Virus record (IMG/VR): IMGVR_UViG_3300049215_000070
Origin: a virus
Lineage: Duplodnaviria > Heunggongvirae > Uroviricota > Caudoviricetes
Direction: 5' to 3' (one strand)
Length of the DNA stretch: 64,000 nt
Shown here: one piece after another, positions 18,469 to 27,807 of the stretch
Position numbering within the stretch: position 1 is the first letter of the stretch
How the letters are laid out: every line of letters starts with the position of its first letter
Notes under the pieces: generated by a model
Told to the model about the DNA's origin: nothing
What the model saw: the letters and a program-made list of their open reading frames with translations, nothing else
The model's database searches: none
Made by a program: the position numbers and the translations under genes

Positions 18469-18806
18469 TGCAGACAGCAACGATCATCGGCATAGAAGCG
18501 ACATCCGGCCTCACGACCAGCCTCGCAAACATCGGCAACTACGTGGTACCGGTATCAACCAGCGCCGTCATCAGCCATCTATTCGTCGCCAACAAGTCTG
18601 GCTCTCCAATTACCGCTAGCGTTTACGTCTACAACGGCAGCACGGGATATTACCTAGCGTACCAGGCCCCGATTGCGGTAAATGACACGCTGAATTTGCT
18701 TGGAGAGAACGGCAAGATCACGCTCGCGACTGGATGGAGCATCCAAGCCAGCGCAAGCTCTGCGTCTGTTGCTGACGCATCCATGTCAGTCACTCAGTTC
18801 GTGTAA
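18468..18806 (+). CDS. hypothetical structural protein (112 aa)
   Basis: TAATG coupling. Confidence 0.45.
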   Translation: MQTATIIGIEATSGLTTSLANIGNYVVPVSTSAVISHLFVANKSGSPITASVYVYNGSTGYYLAYQAPIAVNDTLNLLGENGKITLATGWSIQASASSASVADASMSVTQFV

Positions 18807-18809
18807 TCC

Positions 18810-19754
18810 ATGCGCAGTCTCGGAAACGGCATTAGAAACTTTTACGGTCAGCTGACCATAAACGCGGCCTCAGGTGAGGCTTCCGGCGGACTTATTGTCA
18901 ATGCAATCGCAGCCTTGAACGTACCCGCAGTTACGATCAACGGATCAAGTACCGCAGGACAGTCAAATGGTTTATTTGTGCTTGCTGGAGCTAACTCCGC
19001 AGACAGATCTTTAGATGTGCTAAATTCTGCTGGTTCATCGCGATTGTTTGGTATATTTGGCGACGGTCATTTCGCGCTCGGCTACAACGGCACGGCAAAC
19101 GTAATCACCGGAACGGCGGCGGGCAACATCACGATCAACGCACCGAGCAGCGGAACAGCACTTGTGACGACTGCCGGGACCGGCGGGTACGCGATTCAAG
19201 GTACCGGCGCCACCGGGGCAATTACCGCGCTATTTACTGGCGCATCAGGAGACGCGGGCAGACTGGCGGTGCAAGACGGCCAGTCCGGAAACCGCGCCTG
19301 GGAAATGCGTTCGGGCGGTGTCTCGGTGGGTGTTTTCGATATCTACGACCTGACGGCGGCAACCTCGCGGTTGCAGATCGACACATCAGGCAATGTCAGC
19401 GTGCCGAATGGCACCGGGTCGCTTAGCCCGGTCTATGCTGGCATCCCGGTTAACACGCAGGCTGGTAGCTACACGACGGTATTGTCTGATGCCAACAAAT
19501 GCATCAAGTTTACCGGCGCGTCCGCAGGCACGCTCACTATTGCCGCAAACTCCAGCGTCGCTTACCCGGTAGGCACGGCGATCACGTTCGTCAACAGAAC
19601 CACCAATACCTTGACCATATCAATCAACAGCGACTCCCTTGTGTATTCAAACACGGGCGCTGTCGGATCCAGAACGCTGGGCACTAACGCGATGGCAACG
19701 GCAATCAAGACCGACGCGACCATTTGGCTCATATCTGGTGCGGGTATCTCGTAA
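18810..19754 (+). CDS. tail fibre or tail spike-like protein (314 aa, Gly/Thr/Ala/Ser-rich)
   Basis: Composition and repeats of the TGTAAGNITINA type, typical of fibre shafts. Confidence 0.5.
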   Translation: MRSLGNGIRNFYGQLTINAASGEASGGLIVNAIAALNVPAVTINGSSTAGQSNGLFVLAGANSADRSLDVLNSAGSSRLFGIFGDGHFALGYNGTANVITGTAAGNITINAPSSGTALVTTAGTGGYAIQGTGATGAITALFTGASGDAGRLAVQDGQSGNRAWEMRSGGVSVGVFDIYDLTAATSRLQIDTSGNVSVPNGTGSLSPVYAGIPVNTQAGSYTTVLSDANKCIKFTGASAGTLTIAANSSVAYPVGTAITFVNRTTNTLTISINSDSLVYSNTGAVGSRTLGTNAMATAIKTDATIWLISGAGIS

Positions 19755-20329
19755 TGGGCATTCAGCAAATGCTGCTGGCGGCTGGCGGATTCGTCCCGGT
19801 CACGCGCACGTACACCACCGGAAATTCAGCAACTGAAACCCCTCCGGTCGGCGCAACGCATGTGCAAATTTCAGCGTGGGGTGGTGGCGGAAGCGGAGCG
19901 TACAATTCCGGAGCATACACGTATGGCGGCGGCGGCGGCGCTTACGTTCAAACCGCAGTTATATCGCTTTCCGGCATATCCACATTTACATACACAGTCG
20001 GCGTAGGTAGCACTACCCCAGGAACTAGTCCGCAAAACGGTACTGCAGGCACGGCTACCAGTTGCACAGCTACTGGTGTTTCGATTTCCGCAGGCGCTGG
20101 TAGCGGCGGAAATTACGCTGGGCCAGGAGGCTCAGGCGGCACAGGCAGCGGCGGAACAATCAACGCATCAGGAAGCGCAGGATCTAACGGTGGTGTTGGC
20201 GGCAACAACGGACAAGGCGTAAACGGCGGCAACCAGTTACCCGGAACCGCGCCTGGTGGCGGCGGCGGAACAAGTACCAGTCAGGGATATGCGGGCGCTG
20301 CTGGTCAAATTAGTTTTGCTTACACTTAA
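19754..20329 (+). CDS. glycine-rich fibre or collar-like protein
   Basis: TAATG coupling. Poly-Gly tracts GGGGSGAYNSGAYTYGGGGGAY. Confidence 0.45.
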   Translation: MGIQQMLLAAGGFVPVTRTYTTGNSATETPPVGATHVQISAWGGGGSGAYNSGAYTYGGGGGAYVQTAVISLSGISTFTYTVGVGSTTPGTSPQNGTAGTATSCTATGVSISAGAGSGGNYAGPGGSGGTGSGGTINASGSAGSNGGVGGNNGQGVNGGNQLPGTAPGGGGGTSTSQGYAGAAGQISFAYT

Positions 20330-20346
20330 ACTCACAAGGAAATCAC

Positions 20347-20628
20347 ATGTCAGACTCGAAAGAAAACGTCATCACATTGCTCGATTCAGATTTACTTGAA
20401 ATCGAGACCGCGCTCAAAGATCGCCCGCTGCGCATCGCGTTGCCTTTGTTACAAAAAATCGACTCGCAACTAAGGGCTGCGGCGGCTAAAGCTGACTCGG
20501 AAGCGGCGAAAATCAAAGCTGAAGCAGAAAGCGAGCTGGAGACGCTGAGAAAAAAGCTGGAATCTTACGAGGCATCTGCAAAGGCGGGAATAGTTCACGT
20601 ATGGGAAGAAGTCAAGGCAGCGGTATGA
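20347..20628 (+). CDS. coiled-coil hypothetical protein (93 aa)
   Basis: AAGGAA RBS. Heptad-rich Ala/Lys/Glu sequence. Confidence 0.45.
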   Translation: MSDSKENVITLLDSDLLEIETALKDRPLRIALPLLQKIDSQLRAAAAKADSEAAKIKAEAESELETLRKKLESYEASAKAGIVHVWEEVKAAV

Positions 20629-20813
20629 ACGAGCAGCACCCGCACCAGGCCTACCTGGCGCTCACAAGTTTTACGGTATCGGTTGGTGGAGCAACAGTGG
20701 CCTGGTTATCTCAAGTCGAGCAATTTTTGCGTATAGGATCAAGCATGATTGCCATTGTTGCGGGTATCACCTCGATCGTCTACTACGGCAAGCAGAACAA
20801 ATGGTGGAGGTAG
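20625..20813 (+). CDS. holin-like small membrane protein (2 predicted TM, 62 aa)
   Basis: ATGA coupling. Hydrophobic stretches AYLALTSFTVSVGGATVAWL and IGSSMIAIVAGITSIVYYG. Sits directly upstream of the endolysin. Confidence 0.5.
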   Translation: MNEQHPHQAYLALTSFTVSVGGATVAWLSQVEQFLRIGSSMIAIVAGITSIVYYGKQNKWWR

Positions 20814-20814
20814 T

Positions 20815-21357
20815 ATGTCAGCCTTCGACGTTGCATTTGAACAGCTCATCGGCATTGAAGGAAGATACTCCAGCGACGAGTCCGACCCGGGCAACTGGAC
20901 ATCAGGCAAGGTTGGAACCGGAGAGTGTCGTGGCACTATGTACGGGATCTCTGCAGCAGCGTACCCAAACCTGGATATTGCGGGGCTTAGTCTCGCCAAA
21001 GCCAAGTCAATCTATTTCACTGACTACTGGAGCAGGCTCCGGTGCTCAAACTTTCCCGATGCCATAGCGATTGCGCTTTTCAAGGAAGGCGTAAATCTTG
21101 GGGTTGAGGGCGCAGCGAAAGCGCTCCAGCGCAGCTTAAAAGCCACCGTCGACGGCAACATCGGGCAGCTGACAATTGGCCTTGCCACGTCCAAGGCACC
21201 GAAAGACTGCCTCACCGATTTCCTGACGCAGTGCGCTTACGATTACACGCAAATGGAAAATTTCAAGATTGACGGCAAGGGCTGGCTGTCGCGCGTCATC
21301 AAGACCGCGGTTGAGTCTACGCTTACCGGCAACGAGCTTATGGAGCTTAAAGCGTAA
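20815..21357 (+). CDS. endolysin, glycoside hydrolase family 108-like with C-terminal peptidoglycan-binding region
   Basis: AFEQLIGIEGRYSSDESDPGNWTSGKVGTGECRGTMYGIS matches the GH108 N-terminal signature. GGAGG RBS. Confidence 0.7.
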   Translation: MSAFDVAFEQLIGIEGRYSSDESDPGNWTSGKVGTGECRGTMYGISAAAYPNLDIAGLSLAKAKSIYFTDYWSRLRCSNFPDAIAIALFKEGVNLGVEGAAKALQRSLKATVDGNIGQLTIGLATSKAPKDCLTDFLTQCAYDYTQMENFKIDGKGWLSRVIKTAVESTLTGNELMELKA

Positions 21358-21757
21358 ATCTCAGCAAGTACGCCTTCATCGAATCCAGAATCTCTGGTCG
21401 ATCCCTGGTTGCGCCAAGAACCAGGCTGCACTGCGAACAAAGCAGCCCACGGATAACACCGCTGGCGTGGAAATGGTCCACATGGGGCGTATCGTCCTCA
21501 GTGGTAAAATGGTTGGGGCAGATGGCGCATTTCCCCCCTTGGGATTGGAGCATGTCATTGTACTGCTCAGGGGTGATGCCCCACTTCCTGCGCCTGTGAG
21601 CCGCACTGAAGAACTCGGGTCCTTTTCTTGCGCGGTAAGCAAAATCCCAGGCTTTCCTGCACTTTTTACATGCGGTCTGAAGCCCGTCTTTCATTTTTTT
21701 GGCGCGGTTAAATTCAGAATGCGGCAGATCACTCTTACACCCAGAGCAGTATTTCAT
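21347..21757 (-). CDS. endonuclease VII-type HNH (homing) endonuclease, third copy
   Basis: KCAICPNHFTTEDDTPHVDHFHASGVIRGLLCSQCSLVLG. Start taken at MKYCSGCKS. Convergent with the endolysin (11-bp overlap), divergent with the holin. Confidence 0.75.
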   Translation of the reverse strand: MKYCSGCKSDLPHSEFNRAKKMKDGLQTACKKCRKAWDFAYRARKGPEFFSAAHRRRKWGITPEQYNDMLQSQGGKCAICPNHFTTEDDTPHVDHFHASGVIRGLLCSQCSLVLGATRDRPEILDSMKAYLLRFTL

Positions 21758-22205
21758 GGGAATTTTCGACACAGTTATCGCTCCAATTGCCAGTATAATA
21801 AATCGTATTATACCTGACAAAGCAGCCGCAGCCGCTGCAATTGCACAACTCAATCAATTGACCCTGCAAGGCCAACTCCAAGAGGAACTGGTCCAGCTGC
21901 AGTCTGTCACGGTCAATCAAACCGACGTCAACAAAGTAGAGGCTGCTAGTCCTAGCATGTTTGTCGCTGGTCCTCGCCCCGCTATAATGTGGGTGTGCGC
22001 ACTTGCTCTGTTTTACCAGTACCTAGTGAGGCCAATAGCCACTGGATTGGCGTTAATTGCATCGCATCCAATTCCCGCGCCAGGGCTCCCAGGAATAGAC
22101 GACAACCTGTACCAACTTATGTTCGCGTTGCTTGGCATTGGAGCGATGCGTTCTTACGACAAAACAAAAGGAACAGAAACAAAATCAGTTTCTTTTTTTA
22201 AATAG
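21747..22205 (+). CDS. holin (3-TM type; MGIFDTVIAPIA... N-terminus)
   Basis: Three hydrophobic segments. N-terminal motif recalled from 3-TM holins of Gram-negative phages. Adjacent to the endolysin. Confidence 0.5.
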   Translation, partial: QYFMGIFDTVIAPIASIINRIIPDKAAAAAAIAQLNQLTLQGQLQEELVQLQSVTVNQTDVNKVEAASPSMFVAGPRPAIMWVCALALFYQYLVRPIATGLALIASHPIPAPGLPGIDDNLYQLMFALLGIGAMRSYDKTKGTETKSVSFFK

Positions 22206-22220
22206 GCTAGGTTAAATCAA

Positions 22221-22895
22221 ATGCCAACCTCGATGACATTCACCAGCTTGCAGTCAGACGTCCAGACGTACATGGAGCGCGGCACCGTGCTCGATCCAAT
22301 CGTGTACGCGCAGCTGCCGGAACTCATCAATTTCGCTGAGCGTCGAATCTCGCGCGAGCTTAAGGTGCTTGGGTTCGTCGTCGCCGCCACATTTACTCTG
22401 CAGCCCGGTTTGGCGGTTTACGCCAAGCCAGACCGATGGAGAAAGCTCATATCCGTAAACGTGGGACAGTCTGCCACCGGCAACAGCGTACGGTCTCAGG
22501 TGCTTCCGCGCAGCTACGAGTACATTCGCGCTTACTGGCCGGATGACAGCCAAACGCTGACGACCACGTACGGAATTGCCGGACCACCCAAATTCTACGC
22601 GGAGTATAATTACCAGAACATCATCGTCGCGCCGACGCCAGACGCCGCGTACCCTGCGGAGATCGTGTACTACGAGGAGCCTGCGCTGCTCGACGCCACG
22701 AACACCACCAACTGGATCACGCAGTACGCCCCGAACCTGCTGCTGTACTCCACCTTGTTGGAGTGCGCCCCGTTTCTGAAGAACGACTCCCGCATAGCGA
22801 CCTGGCAGGCGCTCTACGACCGCGCCGCGGCAACCCTCGACAGCGAATCCAAGGCCGGTATCTTGGATCGTAATCCAACAAGGCAAGAAACGTGA
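22221..22895 (+). CDS. hypothetical tail or baseplate-associated protein (224 aa)
   Basis: ORF between the lysis genes and the tail fibre. Confidence 0.45.
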   Translation: MPTSMTFTSLQSDVQTYMERGTVLDPIVYAQLPELINFAERRISRELKVLGFVVAATFTLQPGLAVYAKPDRWRKLISVNVGQSATGNSVRSQVLPRSYEYIRAYWPDDSQTLTTTYGIAGPPKFYAEYNYQNIIVAPTPDAAYPAEIVYYEEPALLDATNTTNWITQYAPNLLLYSTLLECAPFLKNDSRIATWQALYDRAAATLDSESKAGILDRNPTRQET

Positions 22896-24133
22896 CCACG
22901 TACACAAATATATTTACAGGCGCTTTGGTTGCGCCCGCTCTTGCTGCGTACAATTCGATTACGCTTACGGCGAACCTGCAGCTGCAATGGCCGCTGGAAA
23001 CCGCGCCCAACTCCAACCTTTGCACGCCGCTAATCGACATCAATAGCTCGACCTCGGGATCGTATGGGCTAATTCTTCCGCCTGCGACTTCCGTAGGAGT
23101 CGGCACGTTCATCATCGTAAACAACCTGAGCGCGTACCCGCAGGCAGTTTACAACAACAGCGGCGCCATTATTGTGGCATCTCAGGCCTCAGGATCTGTT
23201 TTCTTTTACTACCTTCAGAACAACACCACCGCCGCGGGCACATGGTTTGCTTTCCAGTACGGCTCTGCAGTATCGACACCCTCAGTAGCCGCCATCGCTG
23301 GCCCAGGATTGGTTGCCTTAGGGTCGCAGCTGGGGCAGAACATGAGCGTTACGACGCTTTCTTCGCCATACACCATAGGTGTCAACGACCGAGATAAGTT
23401 TTTCAACTGGAACGCAGGCGCTGGAACCGTAACGTTGCCGCAGGCCGCGACCGCTGGTGGCGGGTACTATGTGCAACTGCGCAACTCTGGTAGCTCAATC
23501 CTATCCATCGCGCCCGTAGCGTCTGACACCATTAACGGCGGTTACAACAGCGCGACCCCGCTGCCGCTAAACCCTGGTGACAGTTGTTTCATTGTGACTG
23601 ACGGCACGGTTTGGTACACCATTGGCCTTGGCCCATCCATTCAGGCGGCGTTCAATTTCGTCACCATCAGCGTGACCGGGTTGTCCGGCACGTACACCCT
23701 AAGCGGCACGCAGCTGAACCAGGTCGGGTACCGATTCACAGGCACCAAATCTGGCAACCTTGAGATCATCGTACCCTCGACCAAGCAAGAGTACTGGGTC
23801 AACAACCAGACCGACAACACATACACGCTCACCATAGGAACCGCCAGCCAAACGTCCCCAACGCCGCCGACCATTGCTTACAACGGCAGCTCGATTTTCT
23901 ATTGTGACGGATCTAACGTTTACAACGCCACCCCGTCGAGCGCCATCACCTCGATACCGATTCCGATTGCGCAGGGTGGCACCAACTCGACCACCGCCGC
24001 TGGGGCGCTTACCAACCTTGGCGGAACCTCCATCGGCACCTCGTTGTTTACTGCCGTAAGCAACGCCGCCGCGCAGCAGGCTATCGGCGCACCGTCGACC
24101 GCTGACATGTTCCTCTGGGCTATGGTCCTGTAA
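22892..24133 (+). CDS. tail fibre protein with three internal ~100-aa repeats and a C-terminal PIAQGGTNSTTAAGALTNLG motif
   Basis: Conserved fibre motif (I/L)PIxxGGTGATTAAGARxNLG near the C-terminus. Confidence 0.65.
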   Translation: MTTYTNIFTGALVAPALAAYNSITLTANLQLQWPLETAPNSNLCTPLIDINSSTSGSYGLILPPATSVGVGTFIIVNNLSAYPQAVYNNSGAIIVASQASGSVFFYYLQNNTTAAGTWFAFQYGSAVSTPSVAAIAGPGLVALGSQLGQNMSVTTLSSPYTIGVNDRDKFFNWNAGAGTVTLPQAATAGGGYYVQLRNSGSSILSIAPVASDTINGGYNSATPLPLNPGDSCFIVTDGTVWYTIGLGPSIQAAFNFVTISVTGLSGTYTLSGTQLNQVGYRFTGTKSGNLEIIVPSTKQEYWVNNQTDNTYTLTIGTASQTSPTPPTIAYNGSSIFYCDGSNVYNATPSSAITSIPIPIAQGGTNSTTAAGALTNLGGTSIGTSLFTAVSNAAAQQAIGAPSTADMFLWAMVL

Positions 24134-25998
24134 TGGCGCTGATCCCCCTTGCATCCGCTCCTGGGATACAGCGAGATGGAACATTTTTGGCATCTACCGC
24201 GCACACGGACGGGCAGTGGTGCCGCTGGCAGCGCGGGCTGCCGCGAAAGATCGGCGGGTACAAGGTCATTCAGCCGTACCTGACGGGCATCGAGAGACTG
24301 TTTTTTACCCAGGCGCAAAGCGGTTACCGGTACCTTGCCGCGGGAAATGCGAACGGCATCGATACTTTTACCGTTGACAACTTTGGCGTCTGCTCAAGCG
24401 TTCAGAATCCGAAGTTTCCTGCGACCACCAACCCGACGACCACGGGCCTGCCGACGAACACGGTGAACCTGCAGCCGTACACTCAGATCAACAGCTGGCA
24501 GATGGAGTCGCAGTTCGACAACGCCACCAACCAAACGCTGCTGTTTCTATTCGCCAATCAGAACCTACTGGACCCCGCAAACGGAGAAAACTTTCCGCTG
24601 TACTCGACGCCGATCTACAGCCCAAACGGCAACGGTAACTTTGCAACGTTTACTGGCTCCGTGAGCGGGACCACGCTGACCGTATCTGGCGTTACCGGCA
24701 CAATATCAATAGGACAATACCTGACTGGATTTGGCATTCCTTCCGGCACGCTCATTACTGGCGGCAGCGGCACATCGTGGACGCTGGGTGCCAACTTAGG
24801 GACAATCGGCGCAGAGGCCATGTCGTCCGGTTCGATCTTCCAGGTGCAGGGGTACGGCACCGGCAGCGACGGTCACGGCGGGACTCAGCAGGCATTATTT
24901 CCCAACGGCATCAGCGGGGGCATGGTCAGCCTTGCACCGTACATGATCGTCTACGGGAACAACGGTTTTTTCGCGTGGAGCAGCCCCGGTTACCCTACCG
25001 ACTTTGTGGGCACTTCCTTGGGATCATTGTACGTTGGCGCTACCGAGATTACCAACCAGAAAATAATAAAAGGTTTCCCGCTTAGGGGTGGTGGAGGCTA
25101 TTCGCCCGCCGGTATCTTCTGGAGCGTAGACAGCGTCGTCCGCGCGACCTTTATTGGTGTCACAAATGGCACATGGCAATTCGACCAGCTCACGACGCAG
25201 TCGAGTCTGCTCAGCGACCGGTGCATTGTTGAGCACGACGGCGCGTTCTACTGGGCCGGTGTGGATCGATTTTTGATGTACAACGGCGTGGTTGGAGAAA
25301 TACCAAACTCGATGAACCTTAACTGGTTTTTTGACGGCATCAATACCACGTACGCCAGCAAGTCTTTCGCGATGAAAGTGCCAAGGTACGGCGAGATCTG
25401 GTGGTGCTACCCGCGCGGTAACAACACCGAGTGCAGCCACGCGGTGATATACAACTACCGAGAAAAGTCTTGGTACGACACACCGCTGCCAAACACCGGG
25501 CGCAGCGCGGGATTGCACGCCGACAACCTGGTAGGAAACCTGATGGCAGGTATTTTGCCGTACACGTCGAGCGTCAGCGGCACAACGCAAACGTACTACA
25601 ATATGTGGGATCACGAAATCGGCACCGACGAGATTAACGGCGTATTTCAAAATGCCGTAAACTCGTATTTTACGACCGCGCCCATTACGAATTACAACGC
25701 GCAGCCTCCGAACGCCGCGACCACGAGCGTTGAGCTGCTTGAGCCAGATTTTATCCAATCGCAGAACATGACCGTCAGCGTTTTGAAGCAGAACAACGCG
25801 AACGCCCCGGTAGTTACAGGGTCGGTGGTCACGCTTGAGCCAGATCCCACTAGCACCGGCACATTGAATCAGATAGTGCCGCTCAAAGACACCGCCAAGA
25901 TCATTCGTATTCAGGTACAGAGCAACGTCGTCGGTGGGAACTTTCAGGCCGGTAAGTCGATGCTCACGATCAACGCGGACGGCGAGCGGAGCACGTAA
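24133..25998 (+). CDS. large tail or virion structural protein (621 aa)
   Basis: TAATG coupling to the fibre gene. Asn/Gly/Thr-rich. Confidence 0.5.
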   Translation: MALIPLASAPGIQRDGTFLASTAHTDGQWCRWQRGLPRKIGGYKVIQPYLTGIERLFFTQAQSGYRYLAAGNANGIDTFTVDNFGVCSSVQNPKFPATTNPTTTGLPTNTVNLQPYTQINSWQMESQFDNATNQTLLFLFANQNLLDPANGENFPLYSTPIYSPNGNGNFATFTGSVSGTTLTVSGVTGTISIGQYLTGFGIPSGTLITGGSGTSWTLGANLGTIGAEAMSSGSIFQVQGYGTGSDGHGGTQQALFPNGISGGMVSLAPYMIVYGNNGFFAWSSPGYPTDFVGTSLGSLYVGATEITNQKIIKGFPLRGGGGYSPAGIFWSVDSVVRATFIGVTNGTWQFDQLTTQSSLLSDRCIVEHDGAFYWAGVDRFLMYNGVVGEIPNSMNLNWFFDGINTTYASKSFAMKVPRYGEIWWCYPRGNNTECSHAVIYNYREKSWYDTPLPNTGRSAGLHADNLVGNLMAGILPYTSSVSGTTQTYYNMWDHEIGTDEINGVFQNAVNSYFTTAPITNYNAQPPNAATTSVELLEPDFIQSQNMTVSVLKQNNANAPVVTGSVVTLEPDPTSTGTLNQIVPLKDTAKIIRIQVQSNVVGGNFQAGKSMLTINADGERST

Positions 25999-26265
25999 AT
26001 GCAGATACCAGATCCCAACGGCATGGATCTGGATCAGTGGGTATACGGGACACTGTCCGTGCTGACCAATTACCCGAACCCGCGCACCATGGTCAATGAC
26101 GACTGGCGGCAGTGGGGTATGATGTTTTTTGACACCCCTTCGCTGTCTACGCTAGGTCCGCCAAACCCGTACGATTACGCGGAATGGCGACCATGGGCAG
26201 AGCGACTAGCCGAGAGCCTTGGCAACGCCCCGGGGTCTCCAACGCCTATCACGAAGACAGCATAA
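25999..26265 (+). CDS. hypothetical protein (88 aa, Trp/Pro-rich)
   Basis: TAAATG coupling. Confidence 0.45.
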   Translation: MQIPDPNGMDLDQWVYGTLSVLTNYPNPRTMVNDDWRQWGMMFFDTPSLSTLGPPNPYDYAEWRPWAERLAESLGNAPGSPTPITKTA

Positions 26266-26282
26266 TGCCTATAGGATAAAAA

Positions 26283-27710
26283 ATGAAATTAAACATAGAT
26301 GGAGACCCAACAACAGGAAAATCTGCTGCTGCATTGGAAAATTCCAAAGCCAATCAAGAAGCAGCTGCTCAAGCCAAACTTAACGCAGAGCTTCAGCCAT
26401 ATGCTCAGCAAACTATTGCAGATTTAAATAGCGGAAATTATTCTGGCGCATGGAACGAGGCTTTGCAATCATCGCCGCTGTACAACACGAATTACAGCTC
26501 ACAGACAACAGATCCTTTGCTTGCCGATATGGAGTCTGCACAAGGTCTGCAGGAGCTTGATCCAAGCATTCAGTGGAACGCTACAAATACGGCTGCGTAT
26601 TACAATGCTCTAGGTCAAAATCCTGTTTACAGCGGGCAAACGGTCAAGGGGGCGAATGGCGGCACAGAAAGCTTAGGTCAAAATCCGTACGGGGACTGGG
26701 GAGCTGGGGCTGCCGTTACCAATGGAACAGACGCAAAAGCAAATCTAACGCAGGACCCCAATTCATCCCCCAATGTTTCGCAGTTCGCTGGGGCGAGACC
26801 TCGCGCTTCATTTCTTGATAAATACGGCGCCGATATTGCGGCAATTGTTGCCACGGTGGCAACCGCTGGGGCTGGAGCACCGGCTCTTGGAGCGGCCCTT
26901 GCTGGGTCAGCGGCATCGGACCTAGTCAATGGTGCAGAAGGTAAATTAACCCTGAGCGGCGCCCTTGAGGGAGCCGGGATGGCGGCTCTTGGAGCCGCGG
27001 TTCCAGGCGCAAGTAGCGCTTTAAATTCCGCCACAGGAAACGCGCTAGGCACAGTCGGTTCGAACGCGTTAGTGGGCGCCGGGGTTGGTGCGCTTGGGTC
27101 AAAGCTAACCGGAGGCAATCCATTGGTTGGAGCCATAGGAGGCGGCGCGGGGGGTGCTATACAAGCATCCGGGATAAACAATACAGTCGGGCAGCAAATT
27201 AATAGCGCCACCGGACTCCCTGTATCTGTTGGGGCTGGTTTATCTGGCGGTGCATTAGGCGCAGGGGTTGGCGCTATCACGGGCAGCTTGAGCGGCCAGG
27301 GGGCAGCAAATGGCGCCTTAATGGGTGGAGTTGGGGGCGCTCTAAGGGCTGGCGTTGGATCGGCAACTGGAAACCAGACCATAGGTAACGTTGCTGGTAC
27401 AATAGGCAGTGCCCTAGCGGGCAAATACTTGACGTCTTCCCCGGCGGCTGCTACCGCAGCAGCCGCACCGGCTACTGCTACCGTTGCGGCGGCAAAAACA
27501 CCTACGCCTGCTGCAACAACTGCCGCGCAAACAGCACCTGCGCCGACGCCTCTTTTCCAGCAGCCAACCAATATTGGCACGTACAACTTCAACAGCACCG
27601 GATTGGGTTACCAGCCAATGAGCCAGGTTAATCCAGGAATTACCAATTACGCGACTTACGGGCAAGGACCAGAAGCAAACTTCTTTGCCCCCACGCCAGG
27701 AACAACATGA
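26283..27710 (+). CDS. internal virion (ejection) protein, Gly/Ala-rich with glycine-zipper-like segments
   Basis: Long GxxxG-type runs. C-terminal NYATYGQGPEANFF motif shared with the next gene. Confidence 0.5.
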   Translation: MKLNIDGDPTTGKSAAALENSKANQEAAAQAKLNAELQPYAQQTIADLNSGNYSGAWNEALQSSPLYNTNYSSQTTDPLLADMESAQGLQELDPSIQWNATNTAAYYNALGQNPVYSGQTVKGANGGTESLGQNPYGDWGAGAAVTNGTDAKANLTQDPNSSPNVSQFAGARPRASFLDKYGADIAAIVATVATAGAGAPALGAALAGSAASDLVNGAEGKLTLSGALEGAGMAALGAAVPGASSALNSATGNALGTVGSNALVGAGVGALGSKLTGGNPLVGAIGGGAGGAIQASGINNTVGQQINSATGLPVSVGAGLSGGALGAGVGAITGSLSGQGAANGALMGGVGGALRAGVGSATGNQTIGNVAGTIGSALAGKYLTSSPAAATAAAAPATATVAAAKTPTPAATTAAQTAPAPTPLFQQPTNIGTYNFNSTGLGYQPMSQVNPGITNYATYGQGPEANFFAPTPGTT

Positions 27711-27807
27711 GAGAAACGTCCGGTATAAGGCAACTTGGCGCACTAGGCGACAACATCGAAGGGCTGGAAAAGCTCATTTCTTACCTCCGTCGAGCGGAAT
27801 CACATTA

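Noticed and set aside
21269-21817. Plus-strand ORF 21269..21817 (182 aa)
   Set aside because: It is antisense to the well-supported Endo VII gene (HNH motif on the minus strand) and has no motif of its own.
25024-27598. Long minus-strand ORFs (25024..25758, 26678..27598) and similar ones elsewhere (3544..4002, 7000..7602, 10942..11580, 15703..16347, 35492..35938)
   Set aside because: They are antisense to strongly supported plus-strand structural genes. Such long open antisense frames are expected at 60% GC.
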